64,000 nucleotides of DNA, from IMG/VR virus record IMGVR_UViG_3300005676_000004. One strand, written 5' to 3'. Positions 62,901-64,000 of this stretch are shown piece by piece. Source of the stretch: a virus. The notes below the pieces were generated by a model. That model was not told the DNA's origin. It worked only from the letters and a program-made list of their open reading frames with translations, and ran no database searches. Each line of letters starts with the position of its first letter. The stretch's first letter is position 1. Position numbers and translations under genes: made by a program.

Positions 62901-64000
62901 CGTAGTAGAAGGTCCTTCGCAGTAATGAATGGTGTGTAGTTGTACCGATTAGTTAAAGCTAGACGGTTGTTGAAGTTTACCATGCTATAGACTTTGTCAA
63001 AGCATTGCGGGATACCGTTTTCATCTCGTTTCAGTAGAGGGTCGAGCGCATTAAACGAGAAGATACCGTGAGTTACAATTAGTCCTAGACGTTTTGGGGT
63101 TGAGTTCTGACGAATTGATTGTCCTAACGAAATGAACGTTCTACCGCCATCACAGATGTCGTCAACGACGACGACAAATTTGTCGTTCAACGGGCTGTAG
63201 TCATGAATGTATTGACTAATCCCTTCAGATGTTCTATGCTTTATTGCCGTGACGATAGTTTGGATACCAAACGTTTCTGCGAATTTATGTGCTCGTTTTT
63301 CTGCACCAGCATCGGGTGCAACGACAGCAACCTCTGAGAACGGAACTGTCTGATAAACAAAGTTATAGTACGAGTTACGCCAGAACATGGCTAACGCTTC
63401 GTCTAAGATAACGCAACGATTAAGTAGAGCTGATGAAACATACGAGTGCGGATCAATCACAAACACGTTCTTCAAGTCTAGGCTATTAATGATGTCTGCA
63501 AAGACTTTACTAGCAAGTGACTCTCCGAAGTGAACAACACGATCTTGACGTGCATAGGGAATGTACGGCATAACCAACGAAATGTCGTCAATGCCGAGAT
63601 TGCGAATAATGTCAACTACATTACAAATCTCAAGAATATGATCAGAGTGAGTTACGTGAGTCCAAAGAATGACTTTATCACATGACGTCTGAATATATTC
63701 CGCATCTTCTTGATTTAACTTGACCTTTACCTCACCACCAGAGTACTTGTCAACAACTGGGCTGATGACATTTCGCATTGAGTTGTCATATCTGTAGATG
63801 GTATCAAAGATTCCTTCTACATTAACTTGCAATGCTTTATTGTTGTTGGGTGTATTTTTCACATAACATAAGTGTGCCAGATCAATGTGCGCCGTACGAA
63901 GGAGGTCGCTAGCTACAGATGGAGGGGCAGTAATATTTTTTTCGTTGTTTACGTATACTTCCATGGTGTTAATCCTAATTGGTTTCTGTTCAATCATCAC
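62897..64000 (-). CDS. Ribose-phosphate pyrophosphokinase family protein (Adps-like); start at or near the window edge
   Basis: YSGGE, PYIPYARQDR, IDPHS, APDAGA, VVVDDICDGGRTF and VTHGIFS. Confidence 0.9.
   Translation of the reverse strand: MMIEQKPIRINTMEVYVNNEKNITAPPSVASDLLRTAHIDLAHLCYVKNTPNNNKALQVNVEGIFDTIYRYDNSMRNVISPVVDKYSGGEVKVKLNQEDAEYIQTSCDKVILWTHVTHSDHILEICNVVDIIRNLGIDDISLVMPYIPYARQDRVVHFGESLASKVFADIINSLDLKNVFVIDPHSYVSSALLNRCVILDEALAMFWRNSYYNFVYQTVPFSEVAVVAPDAGAEKRAHKFAETFGIQTIVTAIKHRTSEGISQYIHDYSPLNDKFVVVVDDICDGGRTFISLGQSIRQNSTPKRLGLIVTHGIFSFNALDPLLKRDENGIPQCFDKVYSMVNFNNRLALTNRYNYTPFITAKDLLLR

Noticed and set aside
126-63000. The many antisense or alternate-frame ORFs in the track (e.g. 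8937..9614, 17498..17893, 29795..30082, 57495..58227, 59413..59787)
   Set aside because: They lie within well-supported genes, with no RBS or family motifs; treated as shadow ORFs.
1-64000. Stop-codon reassignment as in some jumbo phages
   Set aside because: Conserved enzymes are full-length in code 11 and end in TAA, TAG and TGA without fragmentation.
1-64000. tRNA, rRNA, CRISPR array, integrase, transposase, intein or homing endonuclease
   Set aside because: No cloverleaf with T-loop consensus, regular repeat-spacer array or matching protein motif recognised by eye; tRNAscan would be needed to be sure.

Overview
A 64-kb segment of a large, AT-rich T4-like (jumbo) phage genome. The host is inferred to be an FCB-group bacterium (Bacteroidota/Ignavibacteriota/Kapabacteria-like) from the promoter architecture, the T9SS C-terminal domains and Gln-after-signal-peptide proteins. 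Left arm (+ strand, 1-37.8 kb): a replication module (PolB C-terminal part, clamp, clamp loader), then nucleotide/SAM genes (Nmad1-like, metK, Cas4-like nuclease, GuaB/GMPR-like). A 17-kb glycosylation island follows, with 7 glycosyltransferases, gmd/fcl for GDP-fucose, and an RfbH + RmlB-like + YerE-like ThDP enzyme + PanB-like + SDR set that suggests a branched-chain deoxysugar pathway. Next come a putative late operon of candidate head-internal proteins, peptide deformylase, three host-like secreted proteins (two with T9SS sorting domains) and a GH19 endolysin. Right arm (- strand, 37.8-64 kb): a degenerate WecB-like protein, C5 DNA methyltransferase, stand-alone TOPRIM protein, ART-like and glycosylase-like candidate virion proteins, about 45 small hypothetical genes including tandem paralog arrays, and a PRPS-like + NAMPT-like pair matching the NARP1 NAD+ reconstitution system. 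Non-coding signals seen: a recurrent sense-strand TATTTATAG motif (reverse complement of the T4 late promoter), Bacteroidota-type TTTG-N19-20-TAnnTT promoters, an identical 22-bp palindromic operator at two loci, and a nested 21-bp inverted repeat. No tRNA, rRNA, CRISPR array, integrase or transposase was seen. All family assignments come from motif recognition by eye, not from database searches.
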